The notes beneath the pieces were generated by a model. It made no database searches, had not been told where the DNA came from, and saw only the letters and a program-made list of their open reading frames with translations. This document shows positions 36,201 to 48,800 of a stretch of DNA of 64,000 nt, in pieces. The position numbers and the translations under genes were made by a program. How positions within the stretch are numbered: the stretch's first letter is position 1; each line of letters begins with the position of its first letter. The DNA is from Octopus vulgaris (lineage: Eukaryota): assembly GCA_951406725.2 (NCBI GenBank), contig OX597815.1, positions 74,028,001-74,092,000 of the forward strand, read 5' to 3'.

Positions 36201-39200
36201 GTGACTAGGACATCCAGATGTGAAACAATGTTTCAATACTATATTCGTCTAACCCATGATTTAGTAAAATGGATGCAGAAACAAAAGTGAACAAACATGT
36301 AGTAGCTATATGTAAAAATCTGTATAAAATATTGTTAAATAGAGAGCTGCCTATTTTGTCCTTGTCTCTTCTCGCATTCATTCACGCATACACACACACA
36401 TGCATATGCATTCTTTCATCATTCACCTGCCAGGACATGTGTTGTGTGTTTCTGTTAACAGAACTGTAGCTCTATTGGGAATCCATCTTTAAAGGTATTG
36501 TAATCAATGATATCAAATCCAGTACTTATGTATTATTGACTTCAGAAATATGAAGGGTAATGTGAACTAGAGTGAGTTTTGAACCTGGACCTTGAAGGGA
36601 CATAACCAAATATTGCATTCTCTACTGATTCTTCTTGCCATATTCTAAAGTAGTATTTTTCATTGGGAGAGAGTGGAACCATTAACCCTTATTGTGCTGG
36701 AGCTAAGTTTGCTCTGTCCTGTGCATATACACTTGATGACAAAAGCTAAGTTAACTTGTTTTTAATACTGGAGTACTTTCCAGAATTCTCCACATTTCAT
36801 AGGATATTGTGCAAACATACTATTTTTACTGACCAGTAGAAAAGAAGTTGTGAGAACTGATTTGCATAAGTTTATGATGGTATTAGCAAATTTCTGTTGA
36901 ATTATATTGCTTGTTTCAGTTAATATGAAATAATGAACAATTTAGTAAAATAATTTTGACATTATTAAACTCGTTTTTGGAACATAAATTAGTATGAAAT
37001 TTCAATGAAGGTTTGTAATAGTACCATACAAGCTGGCTTCCGTGCCGATGGCACATAAAAAATACCATTCGAGTGTGATCATTACCCGCGTCGCCTTACT
37101 GGCACTTGTGCTGGTGGCACATGAAAAAACATTCGAGTGAGGTCGTTGCCAGTGCCACTGGACTGGCTCCTATGCAGGTGGCACATAAAAAGCACCATTT
37201 GAGCGTGACCGTTGCCAGTACCACCTGACTGGTCCTCGTGCCGGTGGCGTGTAAAAGCACCCACTACACTCTGAGTGGTTGGCGTTAGGAAGAGCATCCA
37301 GCTGTAGAAACTCTGCCAGATCACATTGGAGTCTGGTTCAGCCATCTAGTTCGCCAGACCTCAGTCAAATCGTCCAACCCATGCTAGCATGGAAAGCGGA
37401 TGTTAAACAATGATGATGATCAATTTAAAACAGTAAGTTTGTATGTCAGATCCAGATACAATCTAAGGCTGGTTGATATCAAAGGGGTTAATTTTGTTTT
37501 AACCATGTTCATGTCATGGCCAAAAAAGAATTATATGGATGCAAACTTTTTGTCTTATTAATAAAGAGTGAATCATCATTGTTTTTTCAACATCTACTTT
37601 TCCAAGGCAGATTTTCTACAGTTGGAGCCCACCTTGTTGCCAATAATTACATTTTTCCAAGCAAAGTAATGCTTCCCTATGGCTGGACATGTTTCCCTGA
37701 AGATTGAAAACAGACACCACTTACATGATGGTGATGCTCCTTTTCTACTAGCACAATGTCAAGGCAAGGCGACATCAACACACACTCACACATGAACACA
37801 TACATATATGACAAGCTTCTATCATTTTCCATCTGCTAAATCTATTCACAAAGCTTTGGTGAAGAGAGCACTATAGTAGAAGACAGTTGTCCAAGATGCT
37901 ATGCAGTGGAACTGAATTCAAAACCACATGGTTGGAAAGCAAACTTCCTCACCACGCAGCCATGCATTTTACTGTATTCTAATCTTTGCAATTATGTCTG
38001 TGAAGTTTCTTCTAAAAATACTATGACAAATTATGATCTCGTTACCTTTCAACAAATCTTTGATTGACATCAGCATTTCCCAACTGGGTTCATAAGACCA
38101 TAGCATTCTATGGGAAGTCCTTAAGGATTACTAATACTAATAAACAGACTAATTATAATGTTGGGTAATTTTTGCATTTAATTCTATAAATCACTGTGTA
38201 AGCATATGGTCTAGTGGTTAGAGTGTTAGGCTTATGACTGTAAAGTGATGGGTTCAATTTCTGGACCATGTAGTGCATTGTGTCCTTGAGCAACACTCTT
38301 TATTTCCCTTTGTTCCAGTCTTCTCCACTGAAAAATGACTACCAGCCAACTACTGATTAAGGCTTCTCTCTCTTATCCTCACTGTTCTGCTGGGTCATGA
38401 GAGAATTGGGAATTGAGATGTCTATGTTTGCTTGTGACTACAGAGGCATCTAAAACAGAATTACCAGATCAAGTGAGAGCTTTGTTGTATACATAATTCT
38501 TTCTCAAGAGTAGTAGTGAGATATTGACAACTATACAGAATAAGGAGACTCTAATGAAACAATGAACTCTGACTAGGGAATTATAGGGGAATTTAATTTA
38601 AACAAGGCCTCGAAGTTTCTTAAACCATTTTGTGGTGGATTTAGAACTACCAAATCTTTCAAAGGCAGTTTTATTGAATTTAAACTGTATGAAGGAAAAA
38701 GAAAAATATTAATTAATGATATATAATAATGATTTCAAAGCTTGGCACAAGGCCAGCAATTTTGGGGCAGCGGGTAAGTCAATTACATCAATCCTCAGTG
38801 TTCAACTGGTACTTATTTTATCAACCCCAAAAAGATAAAAGGCAAAGTTGATCTCAGTGGAATTTGAACTCAGAATATGAAGACAGACAAAATACTGCTA
38901 AGGATTTTGCCCAACTTACTAAGGATTCTGCCAGCTTGTCACCCTTAATGATATATAATAATGTTTTATGTTGTGTTTTCCTGAGATATGGAGTATGTTT
39001 TTGTTGGATTGGTTTGCTTATCTCCTCTAAGTCAAGATACCTGTGCTTGTTCCTCTGTCATACTTTAGCCTTTCAACACCTGGCATAAAACCACCCACCT
39101 TCCCCTTCCCAAGTACTTCCTCTTAGTCATGGGAACTTTTCCTCTGTTCTTTTTCTGTCTCGCAAGTTTCATGACCACCTCACTAGTGCCTGTGGCACAT

Positions 39201-42200
39201 AAAAAAGTATCCAGTACACTCTGTAAAGTGGTTAGCGTTAGGAAGAGCTGTAGAAACTATGCCAAAGATGACATGTGAGAAGGACACTGACGTTGGTTCC
39301 CTTTCAGACAGCCCAACCTGTGCCAATGAGGAAAGTAAACATTGAATAATGAAGGTGCTGCTGATAACAATGAAAATGACGATGATGATTCATGAGCCCA
39401 AGGTCTCATAAGGCTGAAACTGTTCTCAGTTTCCATGGTGTGTAAGTGACTGAGACCGCAGCACTTTCCCCACTGAACAGAAAGCCTATCCATCACAAAA
39501 TAATGTTTTGCTAACTGCTAATTCCAGGCCAGCTCAGTCTCTCTTCTGTCTAATGAAGAGAGAAAAACATTTGTCCAAAGTCTTACAACATTAACTAAAA
39601 CACATTGCATACTTTAATACACATTTAAAATTATCCATGCACACTGCTTTATGTGACACACACTCACACACACATACACACTGGAATGTAAAAAGTTAGC
39701 AGAGAAACATTTAAACCTGCCATATCTGGCCCAAATATCCTACCTGTTTTTTGTTCAAATGGACCAGATCTGCCCCTTGCACCTACCCTACAATGTCATT
39801 CTCGAAATAAATAACCACATTGAAATCCTTAAGCTACAAGATAATGCACAATTAACTCAAAACAATGTGGATAAATACACATTTCATTTGAAAGAGTAAT
39901 CTGACTGCTAAAGGATTAATTTTCTCTTTCTTCTCGTCTACAGAAAACTTTGAATATCAAAGACACTCCCATGATGTCAGCAATGCCTATGGCTGCTGCT
40001 GCACCATCTTCGGTAAGTTCAATTTGTGTTTAGTTAGTAGTTGTCTGACTAACTAACTACCAACCAACAAAATTATTGTTTCCTAATTTTATTCATTGCT
40101 ATCCATTAATTCCCCTATATCACACCACAGTTTTAATTGCTACAGATGTTTTAAATTATTAAGCTGATAATTGTGGTGATAATGATGTTGACAAATTTAA
40201 CTCTTCATGTAAGGTGCTGTATGACACAGCAGCATATGGGACTGCATTGCTCAGCTAATCCTGAAATGCTCAATATCACTCTTGAAATGAATGTAGACAA
40301 GGTTAGTACAATCTGTGTCATATTATGTCTTTCAGGACTGCCTGGCCAATGCATCCTCCTGCAGGGCTGTGTAACTTGGTTTGTATTCATTTTGAAGGGA
40401 GCAAGGAAGGAAAATTGTAATCAATTCCTCTATCATTCCTTTCTGTTTTGTAATGGAGTTGTTGTCTTTGATCATTTTCAACAGATATTGTAATTTAAAG
40501 ATTTAAGTTAGTATTACTTATACTCTCAAATACATGTATATCCTACTTATCGAACTTTCTGTTGAGTAAAGTTTACATTTATTTTATACTTTTGACTTTT
40601 CAGACAGAGGATACTGAAGAAGCTCCTTTAAAACAAGAACAAACAATCTTCACTGTGAAATTAGTATCATTTGATGCTGCTAAAAAGATACCAGTTATCA
40701 AAGAAATAAAGAATTTAATGTCGGGTTTTAATCTTGTACAGGTTAGTGCTTGGATTTAATTTACTGAATATGATAAATTTTGTTCTTAATTGGTCTTACT
40801 GCTTAATAGTAATATAGTTCTGTACAATATATGTATAATACAGCAATGCTGTGAGTGGTGGGAACATAATACTTATCTTTAAAATTACTGTTAAATGTAC
40901 AATGCAATGCTTCTCTCTTATATTGCTATCATATTGACTAAAAAATCTACTCTTCTACAATGGAGGCGTAAGATGAGGGAGGGAAGTCATAACAGCAGTA
41001 TGTATTGAGAAATGTATAAATGGACTTGATAGATTACTGGGTGTCTTAGAGAAATCACATTATTGTTGGTGATACAGCATTCTATTGTAGCAATATGACG
41101 TGTGTTTGTGACTAAGTGACATGTGATGATGATTCACCCCCAAACAAAAATAGACTCCCAGCCTCTGTATCATGAATGGTTATGTGGACCACTCCTAACG
41201 AAAGCCAGAGCTTCCTTCACCCACTACATAAAAAGTATTGAGAAAAAAACATTATATATATATATACTTTTATTTTAGTTGTTTACACCTTTTTATGCTT
41301 GTTTATACTCTTATACATTCAAAGTTCACGAATTTCCTTATTTAAATTATGAAACATATTCCTTTCAATAATATCAATATGATTACAAAACTTCTTTGTA
41401 GACGATATTTTCTGTTTGGTTGACACTAATTTTCAAATTACTGGAGTCCATTGCTCTACTCATAGCGACACAACTGGCCATGTGTAAACATCATAATGGG
41501 TAAAAATACACCTACACTAGAAGTTTGGCCCTGTGCCTTGTTTGCTGTGAATGCACAAGGGGAATCTTTAGGGTTGCAAAAAAATCAAGCTAAGACTCAC
41601 TGTACTATGCGAATAATGTCTGGATGTTCTGGTACCACGGGTTATTTTGACAAAACTGAGATGTAAACAACAGCTGCTTCAATTAGCTGTTTCAAATCCT
41701 GCTCAAGACTGACACACTTCAAGACCACTAAATAATCGCACACACTTTTTCCATTTTATTTTTGCTATTAACTGTCCTCGCAATCCCCTTCGTATCTACA
41801 ACGAAAATCTGGAGTTGCTCGTGGTCAGTGAATTTTTAATAAAAATGTGAAGGTGGTTAATCAATTCAAAAATCAATATCCACAAAGTAGTCATACTTTC
41901 TGATTTTTTAATGTTAAGAACCTTCCTGATGACTGTCTTGTAATCCCCAAAAATATTGTAACCATTGGTCTAGCCTTCTGGCAGTGAAGAGGGAACAAAG
42001 AGATGAACAGACGGGCATAACACCCATTATAATAAGATAACAAACTTGCCCATCTCCAATGGAAAATACAGGGATAGTATCGCAAATTTAAACCCTCTAA
42101 ATTCACAAACTATATGATGCGGAAATCCAAAGTTAATCCTCATCACCAGAATTTTAGCAAAAAAAAATCAAAGGTGATTTATTAATACAAAACTCAGTAT

Positions 42201-42871
42201 CCACTAAATAATCATACTTTTTTCACATTTTTCACTCAAAACCTTCCTGATTACCTCCTTCGTAATCCCGAAAAACATCATGACCGTTGGTCCAGTTGTT
42301 TGACTGTGAAGAGGGCACAGACAGACGGATATAACGCCCATTATAGGAAGATTATAGTACAGTGCATTCTTAATACATCATTGTTGTATCATAACATCAA
42401 CTGTATATGATACTATACTGCTATGTTACAGTAAAAAATTGCACGTTTCGTGTAACACCATCAGGGCCTATGAGAAGTAGGTTGAGCCAATACATTGGTC
42501 TGGGACCTGGACAAACAACGAAGGATCCATGACTATCTGCCTGTCACTAAAAAAGATAAACCTCACAACTACCTTCAATTTTGGTTTAAAAGTAGAGGAC
42601 ACTTGCCCAAGGTGCCACAAAGTGGAACTGAACCCAAAATTTTTTGACCACTCAGCCACCAAATTCATGGACCAATGTTAATTGTTTCTCACACTTTGCT
42701 GTGTTTTGGAAAAGAAAAATAATAATCTTTTTCTCTATTCTCCTGTTCTTGTAGGCCAAGAAATTTGTTGAAGCAGCTCCTCAAACCATTGAATCTGATA
42801 TTCCCAAAGAAGAAGCCGAAAAAATTAAAGCTGCCTTAGAAGCTGTTGGTGCTCAAGTTGAGATTGAATAA
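30225..42871 (+). CDS. MRPL12: 39S mitochondrial ribosomal protein L12 (bL12m), 5 exons, 207 aa
   Basis: Exons 30225-30283, 35512-35752, 39944-40012, 40604-40741 and 42755-42871 join in frame (624 nt). L7/L12 motifs: [35 protein letters not shown] and [25 protein letters not shown]...[18 protein letters not shown]. The Arg-rich N-terminus resembles a mitochondrial presequence. Confidence 0.95.
32120..32592. repeat. CpG-rich tandem repeat, ~130-155 bp unit, 3 full copies + 1 partial
   Basis: Unit gtgtaataggtgtaaaacaacttgctctaaacga..gcgcgctcgcgaaagggggtggggagaggcctcggaaaattcacatc recurs at ~32125, 32280, 32423 and 32554. Confidence 0.9.
35149..35368. mobile_element. piggyBac-like MITE (TTAA target)
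   Basis: TTAA-CCCTTTAACATT ... ATGCTAAAGGG-TTAA; related decayed copies near 39700-39918 and 23370-23467. Confidence 0.8.
35512..35752 (+). CDS. MRPL12: MRPL12 exon 2
   Basis: ctaac branch point + pyrimidine tract + cag; ...[30 protein letters not shown]|gtttgt. Confidence 0.95.
37030..37420 (+). mobile_element. SINE / non-autonomous LINE 3' end with internal ~60-bp tandem units and (GAT)n tail
   Basis: Repeated ggtggcacataaaaa..cattcgagtgtg..gttgccagtgcc units, then ggagtggttggcgttaggaag..catccagctgtagaaac..catgctagcatggaaagcgg..(gat)n; shorter copy at 32783-32952. Confidence 0.8.
39944..40012 (+). CDS. MRPL12: MRPL12 exon 3 (hinge)
   Basis: [23 protein letters not shown]|gtaagt. Confidence 0.93.
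40604..40741 (+). CDS. MRPL12: MRPL12 exon 4
   Basis: [46 protein letters not shown]|gttagt. Confidence 0.95.
41860..42352. repeat. Two diverged direct copies (~170 bp) ending ..cagacgg..ataac(a/g)cccattata..aagat (Helitron/HINE-like terminus)
   Basis: Copies ~41865-42037 and ~42185-42352 share cttcctgat..gtaatccc..aaa..accattgg..gtgaagaggg..cagacgg. Confidence 0.6.
42755..42871 (+). CDS. MRPL12: MRPL12 exon 5 (to stop)
   Basis: [41 protein letters not shown]. Confidence 0.96.
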   Translation, partial: AKKFVEAAPQTIESDIPKEEAEKIKAALEAVGAQVEIE

Positions 42872-44269
42872 TGTCTTGATTGCTTAGATTATGCCATTAT
42901 ACCTTTCTTGATACTATGTATATAGTTTTCTCACAATCACTAGATATCCAGTTATTAAAAGTATTTTTTGTTTTGTTTTTAATTACAAAAATGTGTTGCT
43001 GTTTGTTATTTCTTTTTTTTTGTTACAATATCATATTGAACTGGGATGTATCTCATTTACCTTAGTATTGAAGTTGATGAGGTAACACTGAATCTCAGAT
43101 CAACCCAGAATTTCTTGCCTGTACCTAGTTTCTTAAATTGCAATAACTCTCATAGAATTTCACATAAAAATCAGTGAATTGCACTTTTTATATATTTGAA
43201 AGTCTTTGTGAAAATTTTTAAATATAAAGGAGATTTTTTTTTCTAAATCCCCTTTATATTTATATATAGGCATAGCTGTGTGGTTAAGAATCTTGTTTTA
43301 CAACCATGTGCTTTCAGGTTCAGTCTCACTGTGCAGTATTTTAGGCTAGTGTCTTCTACTATAGACACTGGCCAGCTAATTACCTTGTGAGTGAATTTGA
43401 CAGACAACTATGTGGAAGCCCATCTTATATATGTGTGTATCTTTGTTTGTCCCTCGAACCATTACTTGACAATATAATAAATACCAGGCTTCTAAAAATA
43501 AGAAAGAAAGCTAAGCACTGGCGCAGGGGGGGGGGTCTGTTGTATTTACCCCAGCATGGCCACAGTCTAATGACTGAAACAAAAAAAATAAGTAAATGTA
43601 AAAGTTGTCTTTTCTCATCTGTACTGTAATATTAAATCTGTTACCAAGTGGCTTACTTTTATGAAAAGTGTTTTAGTAAATTTATGTTGTTAAATATTGT
43701 AGAATTTTACTTAACAAGTACATCCATTCTCTAATAAGCTTTGGAATTGAATCATTATGCATCAAGGAAATCTTTGCCTTCTACAATAATTACATTAAAT
43801 GGGGATGAACTTGTGAGACTTAATTTGGAAGAGATTCTACTTCAAATATTTTGGTCTTTAGCTTGATCACAGATTATTCATTTTGTGCAATATTGCCAGG
43901 ATCTTCCTAAACCTATATAAACATTTCACCTTAGGGTAAATATTTCAGCTTTTCAAAAAAAACTGCCCTACAAACTTTGCAGCTTCTATAACCAGTACTA
44001 GTAATGTTTTCTCTATGTAAATATAACAGCTATAATTTTTTTTATTTTAAATTCTAACATGTTACTCAGAAAGCTGCTTTACTACTTTGCTGTTCAAATA
44101 CATTTGGACTCTAAAGGGTAATTATAACATCAATTGGTCCCTTGTTGACCATGCATCTTTCTCTATTGATTGTTCCGAAGTGTGATCTCTGCCTCTTGGA
44201 GATTTATAGCATTCTATTGCAGATTTTTACAAACTAGCTAGCAAATTTAATTTCCCCACAATGGATTTA

Positions 44270-44558
44270 CCGTATTTGATGGCCTATTGGAAGCACTCTA
44301 GCCTATACTTTTGTAAAATAAATTACCACTAAAATAGTGTTTTAATTCCTCCATTTACCTGTATAACATTATTACCAGTAATTATAAGCAATTTATTGCA
44401 TCCACATTCGATATAAACATACTGTAGGCGATTGTTCACCAATAGATAGCAGCACACGTTTTGAGCCTACATTGAGTGCATTGGATGCAGTGGAATTTAA
44501 GCCATTTTGGGGGTTACAAAAGAAAAAAAGAGTGCGTCTTATAGGCCAATAAATACGG
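44270..44558. mobile_element. pogo/Tigger-like MITE (TA TSD)
   Basis: TA-CCGTATTTGATGGCCTATTGGAAGCACTC ... GAGTGCGTCTTATAGGCCAATAAATACGG-TA. Confidence 0.8.
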
Positions 44559-45796
44559 TACTTAAGATGGTCTATTTTAAAAATAATAGTCAACATCAAT
44601 ACTTCCACAAGAGTCGCTTCCCTTCTTTATTTTTTTTTTTTAATGTTCTTTTAATCATTTAAGCAATTGAAAACAAGCTCCTGCTTTAAAAAATGTTTAT
44701 AATTTAATGCACAAGACCAGCAATTTTGAAGAGGAATTAATTAAATTAACCCCCAACTTTGACTAGTAATTTATAGTATCAATCCTGGAAAGATGAAAGT
44801 ATAGTATTGATCCCGGAAATATGACAGGCAAAGTGGCCTTGGTGAGATTTGAACTCAGAACAAAGGGAAAAAAATATCATGGCACTTTTCTGATATTCAA
44901 TTTATCTATCTATAGAGAAGCCCATCATACATAACTGTTGTATACAAGTGGTGTTGTTTGTTCCCAATCGTCCATGAAAATACGTCTGGTCATCTGGGGA
45001 AGTAAAAACCTGCCTAGAAACAGGAAAGGGTTGGTAAGAGGAAGATATATATATCTTTTTATTGTTTCAGTCATTATGCTGGGGCACCACCTTGAAGGGT
45101 TTTAGTCAAACAGATCGATCCCAGGACTTTTCTTTTTTAAGCCTAGTACTTATTCTATTGGTCTCTTTTGCCAAACTGCTAAGTTACAGGGACATAAACA
45201 CACCAATACCAGTTGTCAAGCAGTGGAGGGGGACACATACACAGTCTGTCTACCAAATACCCTCACAAGGCTTTGGTTGGGCCTAAGATTATAGAAGACA
45301 TTTGTCCTAAGTGCCACAGTGGGACCGAAGCCAGAAGCAAACTCCTTATCACACAGCCATGCTTAATGGAAACTGATAAACCTGTACAAAACCATCCTGC
45401 ACAAACACTCCCCTGTCATATCACTGGAAATACAAAGAACCAGTGATTGGTTCCTTGAGTACCTACAATTAAAGATTCTGTCATTCACAAAATTAATGAG
45501 GAAAATAAAACAAATTCATGCTGAAGCTTACTGATGATACAAAGACCAAGGACAATCCATTAAACTAATAAAAACTCTTAAATACAAAGCAATTGATAAA
45601 TGTAATTTAATTAGAATAATACAATATTTTTTTAAGTTGACATATTGCAAATGTAAAAATATTTTGCAACAGTTATTTTCAATATTACAGACGAAAAAAA
45701 TCCTCTATCTGCTGATATCACATATTCTGATCAAGTGATCAAAAGCTTTTCTTTGTAGTTTGATTGATTGATTTTTCCCTTGTGTACTTTTTGTCA

Positions 45797-45862
45797 TCAT
45801 ATATTTCGTAAATCTGCCACTATGACATTGGGGTCATCTACCAGTTGAACATGATCACAGGT
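45797..45862 (-). CDS. STAMBP: STAMBP last coding exon
   Basis: [24 protein letters not shown]. Confidence 0.92.
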   Translation of the reverse strand, partial: TCDHVQLVDDPNVIVADLRNI

Positions 45863-48800
45863 CTGAAAATGGAGTAACAACATTTATAAAATCAAGACAG
45901 TAGCAACTTATCATTCAACTACCCTTACCCCCATCTATTACTTTCCTCCCACGTTTATGAAACCTCCCTGTCTTCCCCTGATCCACTGTCTATAACCCCT
46001 TTCATACACACCTTGTATCTCAAGCAGTTCTGGCATCTCATCACCACATCTATATTCTTTCTAGCTAGTCTCCCCACCATTCTATAATGTGGGATTGCCA
46101 TGTATCTCCTCTATAACAAGACACTTGTACTATCATACTTTAGCTTCTCAACATCTAACATAAAATTACCATCTCTCAAATACTCCAACCCTACTTAGTT
46201 CAAGACGCTTTTCCTGTTCATTTGTCTTGCAAGTTACTTGACAACCTCACTAATGCCAGTGGTAGGAGCAGTACATTCTGTAAAGTGGCTGACATTAGGA
46301 AAAGTATCCAGCCATATAAACCATACCAAAGCCAACATTGGAGCTCAGTACAACCTTGTGGATCAATGGGTCGTGTCAAAGCCTTCATCCCATGCCCGCA
46401 TGGAAAATGGATGTTAAATAATGACTTCATGGGTATGAAAAAGCATATTTCCTTGCAGAATTTCTAATTTTGGAGATATACATGTCTAGTAACTGATTTA
46501 ATCCAATATTAGGTGTTGAAAAATAAAATTTATAGTGCAGAAGACACATATTAGCCATTCCAAAACACAAAATTCAACATCATTAGAACATTCATTTATT
46601 TGGTATCAAAATTTAAGTTATGTGCTTTTGAATAGCTAATATGCATCTTCCATGCTTTAACTGTTTATATTATTTATTTTTTTAAAAAAGATTTTTATCT
46701 TTCAACACATGTTGACATTGGACTCAGCATTTTTTTTAGGTGAATATATGGCTGTGTGATTAAGAAATTTGTTTCCCAATCACATGGTTTTGTGTTCAAT
46801 CCCACTGCATGACACCTAGGGTAAGTGTCTTCCACCACAACTTTGGACCAACTAAAACTTTGAGGGGATTTAGTAGGCAGAAACTGAAAGAAGCCTATCA
46901 CATACAAACACACATGTATGTTTGTGTTTCCTTGTCTTGATATTGTGTGACTCTTGTAAATGTCATCCATCTCCAATATTCTGCGAAAACATATCTGGCC
47001 AGGTGGTAATGTTACCATGCTCGAAAACAGATAAGGCTTGGTAATGGGAAAGGTGTCTAGCCATAGAAAACTGAACTCAATAAAATTCCATCTAACTCTT
47101 ACATACATGGAAAAGTGGACATAAAAACTATGTTGATCTATATTGTGTCCCTAAAAATTTCCTGCTGAGTAGTGTAGTTATATTCTACCTGTTCACTGAA
47201 TTTAGAACATTCATTTTGTGGTAGTGGTTAGGTACTTTTTTTTAAATACAGAAGAAAAATAAATCCAAGATAATTCACTCCTAGATTCAAGCAGATTATT
47301 CACATGAAATACAAATCTTCATTATGAGACTTGTTACATTACCAAAACAATTTATGTATTATTATAGTTAAACTGAAATAATTTAAGGTCTTGCTCAGAA
47401 ATCTAGCAAAATTTGACTATTTTTAATATTGAATCTCCCCATCAGTAAATATTTAGTTGATTCTTGAACTTTAGAATAATAGCCTTAAATTAATATTTAC
47501 ACAGAACACAAGTGGTCTATTACTTTATATATATAAAGTTCACAACAGATAAACAGTGTACCATGAAGAATAGAATTAACAATTTTATGACAGGAACTTA
47601 CTTGGAAGAGAGGTGGTTCTTTGGGATGTACATGGAAGCCAGCTTCCTTACAAGATGATATAAGTGGTAAACCTCGTTCAGGAGTTAACATGAAAATACC
47701 AGTTCTGTATATAAGTAAATAATAACATTAAATTAAATATATTTCATTCAGTTTATTAATCCACACTAGAGAGGCTAAACTTTAATTCTGTTCTATTATC
47801 TCAGTTGTAACTTCTTAAATGGAGATAAATGTTACAATATTAGTTTTGTGTCTTATGAAAATGAAAAGTTATTAAAAATGAAAAAAGAAAAAACCGTTTA
47901 CTGAGTTTTATGACTATTTCAGACCATTTACCGATAGGTCAAAAGTTTCTCTGCAATCAGAAGCTTTGTACTGTGTTCACAATCAACACCAGCTCTCTCC
48001 TAAATAGTATGGTAGTGCATTGTAGATTAGTACCCACATAAAATATTGCATCATCAGTTTGTAATACTGAATACAAAGTGATCTAGAAAGAGAATATCCT
48101 CTCAACTTTTTGATAATCCTCTTGGTAATAAGAGTGAAAAGGGGAAAATGTATCAAATGTTAGACCTGAGATTAATGTTTAAACTTTTGAAAATTAATTC
48201 CTTATAAATTTTATTTTAATAAAGCATTCCATACTTTAACCCTTTGTACACCAACAAACTCAAGGCTACCTTTGGTTCTATTATACAAACTTTCTGATTT
48301 CAACTGAACTAAAAATCTTACATTAAAATTTCAACTTATGTTCAAAACACCAGCTCAATAATAATGGCAAAGTTATTTTACTAAATTCTTTGTTATTTTC
48401 AAAATTAACTGAAATCAAAGTAATGCATTTCAAAAGAAATTATGATAACAAATGAATTAAATAAAAATGTAAACATTGAGCAATGTAATCTCTGACATGA
48501 AAAGACAAGATGATCGTGGCTGGATTGCTTTTGATCATAGATTTACTCAAAAATTACCAGGGGTGAAACAATAATAATGCACATTATGAAAGTCTCTGTA
48601 CTTACTCATTGTATTTTGGTGAACAGACAATGGCAATAGCTTCTGGCATCATTATTTGGTAAGAACAATGTGTATGTAGATCTACACTAGATAAGAAGGC
48701 TGTTTGACTAGGGTGAGTCTTCATAAATAAAAAAATATTGAAAGAAAAATAAATACAAATAAGTTAATTTATCAGACAGTATAAAAAAGTAAACCATTAT

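Noticed and set aside
41920-41960. Other CTGATGA heptamers (e.g. ~41927, ~34362, ~45531)
   Set aside because: Not followed by a stem II and GAAA; expected by chance given the abundant (GAT)n tails.
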